A DNA stretch of 64,000 nucleotides from Trichinella spiralis (lineage: Eukaryota). The stretch spans positions 1,151,527 through 1,215,526 of the forward strand of contig NW_003526940.1 of NCBI RefSeq assembly GCF_000181795.1, read 5' to 3'. Below are positions 59,038 through 64,000 of the stretch, piece by piece. Made by a program: the position numbers and the translations under genes. Position 1 is the stretch's first letter; every line of letters starts with the position of its first letter. The notes under the pieces were generated by a model, which saw only the letters and a program-made list of their open reading frames with translations, had not been told where the DNA came from and did not search any database.

Positions 59038-60081
59038 CTAGAAATGTTCTCTTTTGTCATTGTCATCGTCATTGTATTCCTCCTGAAATGAAATCAAATG
59101 AAATATAATGCGACATGAATAAACGGCCAAACTATTTAAAAATAGCGCCAAATTTAATGCAAATTATTATAAAATTTAAATGTTGAAAAGTCATATTTGA
59201 AAAATTGCACAACCATAAACTTAAAATATTTGATTAACTCATGAAAGTGGCACTTTCTATTTTGACATGAATAAGAATTCAACCACGAAATAACTATACA
59301 GTGACATTTAGCAGGCCGCACTGCCTGGAAACTTCAAATTTGTCCTACTTAATTAATTCGTTCACTGAACAGAATGTATGCATGTATTTATTTATTATTT
59401 TTTAATTATAAACTTATTTATTAAGATAAAATGATCATACTAAATAGTCAATTCCATCAGTGATTCTTGCCAAATACATGTTGGATCTTGAATTAGTTTG
59501 AATTGGAAATAAGCATCTCTTGCCAAGCATCGTTTCACAGCACTTCCGAATCGACGGACAGTCGTAATCTACTTTGCATAAATCTTCGGCACCTCTTTCA
59601 CGAAGAATGGAACCAACAATTTCTGGGCATTGTCCAGATTTTTCTACTGGACAGCAGACAAGATCTTCACAAGCATAGCCGTCAGGACATTCGAGATTAT
59701 TACCACACAAACCGACAGGTTGTTTGTCATTGGTACAAGCAACTGTTAAAATTGAAAAATTATTATTTCAAAATTCAAACATTTCTTTTTAATAAATTAC
59801 ATCTGCTCGAATCCGGAAGCATGCATAAGCGTCCATTGACTGTTCTACAACATTTCATGTAGCCTGGACATTCAATATCTGACAAACAGCGGCTTATTGT
59901 TATCGTTGTTTCGTAAACTGGCAAGGGACAAAGTCCGAATTTTTCTGTTAGAGCATATTATTTTGTTTTCAATTAATAAAATTATTAGCATAAACAAAGG
60001 GAAGAAAAGAATACCGAAAGAGACGACCCGGACAGCAACATGCAACAACATCAACAACAAGGTGCCCCTTACCAATGACAT
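59038..60081 (-). CDS. Secreted cysteine-rich protein: signal peptide, WAP-like, CC-like, WAP-like, acidic tail; 4 exons
   Basis: EKFGLCP..CLSDIECPGYMKCCRTVNGRLC, CTNDKQPVGLCGNNLECPDGYACEDLVCC, EKSGQCP..CKVDYDCPSIRKCCETMLGKRC, last exon EEYNDDDNDKREHF*. All splice phases are compatible. Confidence 0.85.
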
Positions 60082-60987
60082 CTCTTTAACCCGTAACGTA
60101 TTTCAAGTATTCAATCTTTATTGTTGATGGAAACGTTGGGGAAATTTTCAGGACAACAGAAGCTGTCACAATGCTTTACAGCTGAACGACGAGAGAAATT
60201 ATTTCAAATAATCAAAATGTAGTTCAAAATTTTTTTTTGAAAAAATCTGAAGAACAAAAAACAAACATTGAACAATTTTAAAACGGAAAAACTATTTTAA
60301 AATTCAAACTTTTTAAAGAAAACATTAATGCATTAATTTATGTTATTAATTTTTTAAAATAATCTGTATAAATTTCAAAGTAAGCATTTGAAAAAGTTGA
60401 ATTTTGAACTCACATTAACTCTGACCAACTGTGAGATTTTGAAAAGTTGATGTAAAAAATATTTCATCAAACAATTTCAATAATGTGAATATTATGTAAG
60501 TGGAGAGCATTATTTTCAAACTGCAATATTTCAATAACAATATTTACATATAAAATTAGTCGTATTATTTAAAAATGATACAAAAATTTTAATGAACTTT
60601 AAGTACTGAAAAATAAAATCGCAAATTACAAGTTATTTACAAGCTATATAAAGTGAATAAAACAATATATGTTGCATTAATTGTAAATAAAAGTAAACTT
60701 AGGAATAAATTTTTAACTGCGATAAATTTGATCTTAATTGTTAATAAGTTTACTGTGCTTCTGATGATGAGTTTTTTTTGCAATAGCGAAGTTTTTTTAT
60801 TCCACAAATGTTGCTTTATCGTTTTCAATTATTTATAAATACTGGGAAAATAGTTTTAAATTCATATATTATTCATGTGAATGAAAAACATTAATTATTG
60901 TTCAATGAATTTACATTTTTTAATTTGTATTTTACAGATCACGTTAACAGATTAAGCTGCTTGATCAACCGAATAGTGACAATAAAG

Positions 60988-63900
60988 ATGAACGTAAGTT
61001 TTTTCGACATAATTGACACTTTGAATCAAATCTTAATTTTTGATTGGAAAATTTTGCTTATTTGTGAATTTGTTTTTGAAATGCTCATTTATCTGTCAGT
61101 TTTTTTAATTTGTACTGTTTTTAGCATTCTTTCACGAACAGTTCGTTTTCAAATGCATATACAACTCAAGAAATTTTGAGTGATTTAATTAAAACTGAAA
61201 CAGAATGTTACACAAGAAGATTTATGAATGAGGCCAACTGGTAAATATGTTACTTTTTTGACGACTTTATTTAAATTTTTCACTCAAATAAAATAAAGAT
61301 TTATAACATAAATGTATTGAAGTAAAGAAGCTGTGAAGTAATTAATATTATTTTTGAATAGTTGCATTTGAATGTTTCAAAAGTGGTCATTTATTTGCAT
61401 CTTAATGTTTAGGGCAAGAGAAATGATATTCCATTTAGCTGACAACATTTCCGACTTCGACATAAATGTACAGGTACGAAAATTTAACTTTCTTTTTCAA
61501 AATGGATACAGGCAATTTTCGTTGATAAAATTAATTTTTTAAAATAACATTCTAGTGGAAAAAATCAAATTCTTATTAATCGATTAGTGATTGTAAAATG
61601 AAATTTCCATTTTAGGGAGTGGAAGATGTTTCTTTGGATTCAACTTGTACGATGCTTCTTCATTTTTGTCAAGCTGCAATTGATGCAGGTGATTTTTATC
61701 GTGCTGTGCGAATTGCTGATCATCGCGAAAACCCCATGCATCCTGTATTTAAGACATTGGCACTCAATGCTAAACTTATGGTATGATTGAGTTGATTGAT
61801 TTAGTTGTTTTAAAAATGATGATGCTTGCAGATGTATGATGCAAATATGGAACAAATGTTAATTTGCAAAGAACCTGGTACTCGATTAGCCATTGCCAGT
61901 GGAATTTTTCATCGTATATATTTTTTTAAATTTTAGATTCTTTCATTGCTCAACAGAAAGCAGATTTGATCGATTTTATAAGTGAATTTGGTCCAAAAAG
62001 TTTAGAAAAAGAAAACTTCGATGATCCATATTTTCTTACTTTGTAAATAATTTGTTCAAGCAAGCTTATTGAATAAAAATGCAATGTACATTTGCATGTT
62101 TTCAAAGGTATGGGAAATTGTACATGCGGCTTAACTATAAAAGTAATGCTGAGAAATACTTCATCGACGCTATACGAATATTGCCCCGTTGCTGGCCTGC
62201 TTGGGTTTATCTGGTCGAATGTCAGGATAGTCCGATGAATGTGAGCTGTTTGTTCCAAGTAGTGATTTTATTTGTAATCAATTTGGATCGATTTCAGTTT
62301 ATGAAGCTTGCTCTGCCTGATCATTGGATGAAATTGTTCAGTTTTGTGAATTTATATTTGAAATTTCTTGACGGTTCTTCGGCAAAAGAAGTGCTCGACA
62401 AGTTCATCACACCTGAATTGGCAAACACTCCGTACATTATAAATCAAATTGCGACAATAAATGTTTATGCAAGAAGTATGTTAATTATTCTTATTTTTTC
62501 TTTAATTTAAATTCTAACAATATGTAGCTCAATTATTTTCTTTTTGAATTTAGAGTTTCCTACAGCGATAGATGAATATCGCAGGTTGATTGCAATTGAA
62601 CCGAACAGAGAAGAGGGTATGGACAGATTTTCGGATTGTCTATTTGTTATGGTAATTTAAAAGTTAAAATTTTCTTTAATTTTTAACTTTTTCCACGATT
62701 TTCTTTTAAAATTTAAATTTGTTTATCATTATCCAGGGTTTAAACGTAGAATTGAGCTATCTGGCGATAAAATGGTTTCACATCAACGTGCACTCACCGG
62801 TGACTTGTTGCATACTTGGTATTGAAGTTGCTTTTTTGTCGAAACTGTTCACTTTTCTTGAATATTCTTTTCGTTTATAGCGAATTATTACAGTTCAATG
62901 AGAAAACACGAAGAAGCAATGTCATGGTATACAAGGGCGGTGAAATTGGATCCAAATTCTTGCAACGCTTGGACACTACTCGGCCATGAGGGACTTGAAT
63001 TGCGCAATTATATTTCTTCATCCCACGCGTACAGTCGTGCTTTGGGTATTATTTTTTTAAAATTATTCTTGTCGAATACATATGTTATTAATAATTTGTA
63101 AGTAAATTAAACGAAATCATTCAGAAATTGATCCTCGTGATTATCGCGTTTGGTATTCGTTGGGTCAGTATTATGATGTGCTGCAGTGTCCTGCATTTGC
63201 GACGTTCTATTACGGCAGAGCTCACACGTTGAAGTCGGATTTCTAGAGCTATTTTTTTTCATTTTCTTCATTTGATTAATTGAGAAATTGATTTTTTTCG
63301 AATTTCAATTCAGAGATGATGATGGTCGAATGACAATTGCACTGGGGGATGTGTTTTTGAGGCAAAACGACGTTGAGCAGGCTGTACATTGTCTTTGGAA
63401 AAGTCACTGTATTGGCGACTTTGACAACAGTACTCTGATTCGACTTGGACAGTATGATGACGAATAGTGAAATTTTTAATATTTTGTGATTGTCATGTTC
63501 ATCTGTTTGGTTAGATGTTACGAAAAAGCGAACATGTTGGACGAAGCGGCGGAGATGTATTTGAAATTTTTGGATCGGGAAGAATCACCGAGAGTGCTGA
63601 TAATTAATTTTGAAGCGCATTTAATTTTTATTAATTATTTTGTTTTTTTTGAGAACCCATCACAATTGGCATTGAAAAATTGTCATAAATTTTTGGCAAA
63701 ATATTATTTTAACAAAAAGGATTTCAAGAAAGCCATTGATTACGCACATCCGTGTCTTGAAATTAACGCGGTAAGTTGTTATGATTAATTTGAATTTTTT
63801 TATTTGTTATTAGAAATTTAATAGCATTAAATAAAAAATTTATTTTTTGATTATTCAAGTTGCGGGAACCGATGAAGCGTTTGTTGAATGAAGTGAACAA

Positions 63901-64000
63901 GTTGAATCATGGTGCAAAGGATCGTCAACATTCGAAAAAAAATGTCTCGAAGGCTGATGTGACGGAGACGTCGGTGCTTGATTTGGTCGAGAACATCAAC
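60988..64000 (+). CDS. CDC23: Anaphase-promoting complex subunit CDC23/APC8 (mat-3-like), TPR protein, runs off window end
   Basis: ECYTRRFMNEANW/AREM N-terminus, LPDHWMKLF, TCCIL/ANYYSSMRKHEEA, AWTLLGHEGLEL, DPRDYRVWYSLGQYYDVL. Confidence 0.88.

Overview
Eukaryotic, AT-rich, gene-dense genomic DNA with many short GT-AG introns and three assembly gaps. The gene content and intron style suggest a clade I nematode such as Trichinella (inference, no database search run). About 16 protein-coding genes are recognisable: XPB/ERCC3 (3'-truncated), TMEM198, SMCR8, METTL5, an SH3-WW-PH-RhoGAP, TMEM186, C2CD5, a secreted ML-like protein, SRSF2, an unc-49-type GABA-gated chloride channel, dCMP deaminase, SIRT1, STK11/LKB1, CDC5L, BAF, a secreted WAP/CC protein and CDC23 (3'-truncated). 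Main observations: (1) the GABA receptor locus has one shared Cys-loop exon that can splice to either of two tandem complete C-terminal modules, and a putative intronic docking site is complementary to sequences at equivalent positions upstream of each module's acceptor, a candidate competing-RNA-pairing splicing switch; (2) a decayed intronless ORF at about 51.2-52.0 kb resembles a negative-strand RNA virus nucleoprotein (candidate endogenous viral element); (3) the long SRSF2 intron holds a stop-containing cassette exon and a perfect 17-bp hairpin; (4) a solo LTR and a long-TIR Mutator-like relic. Exon boundaries were read by eye; protein family calls are from motif recognition.
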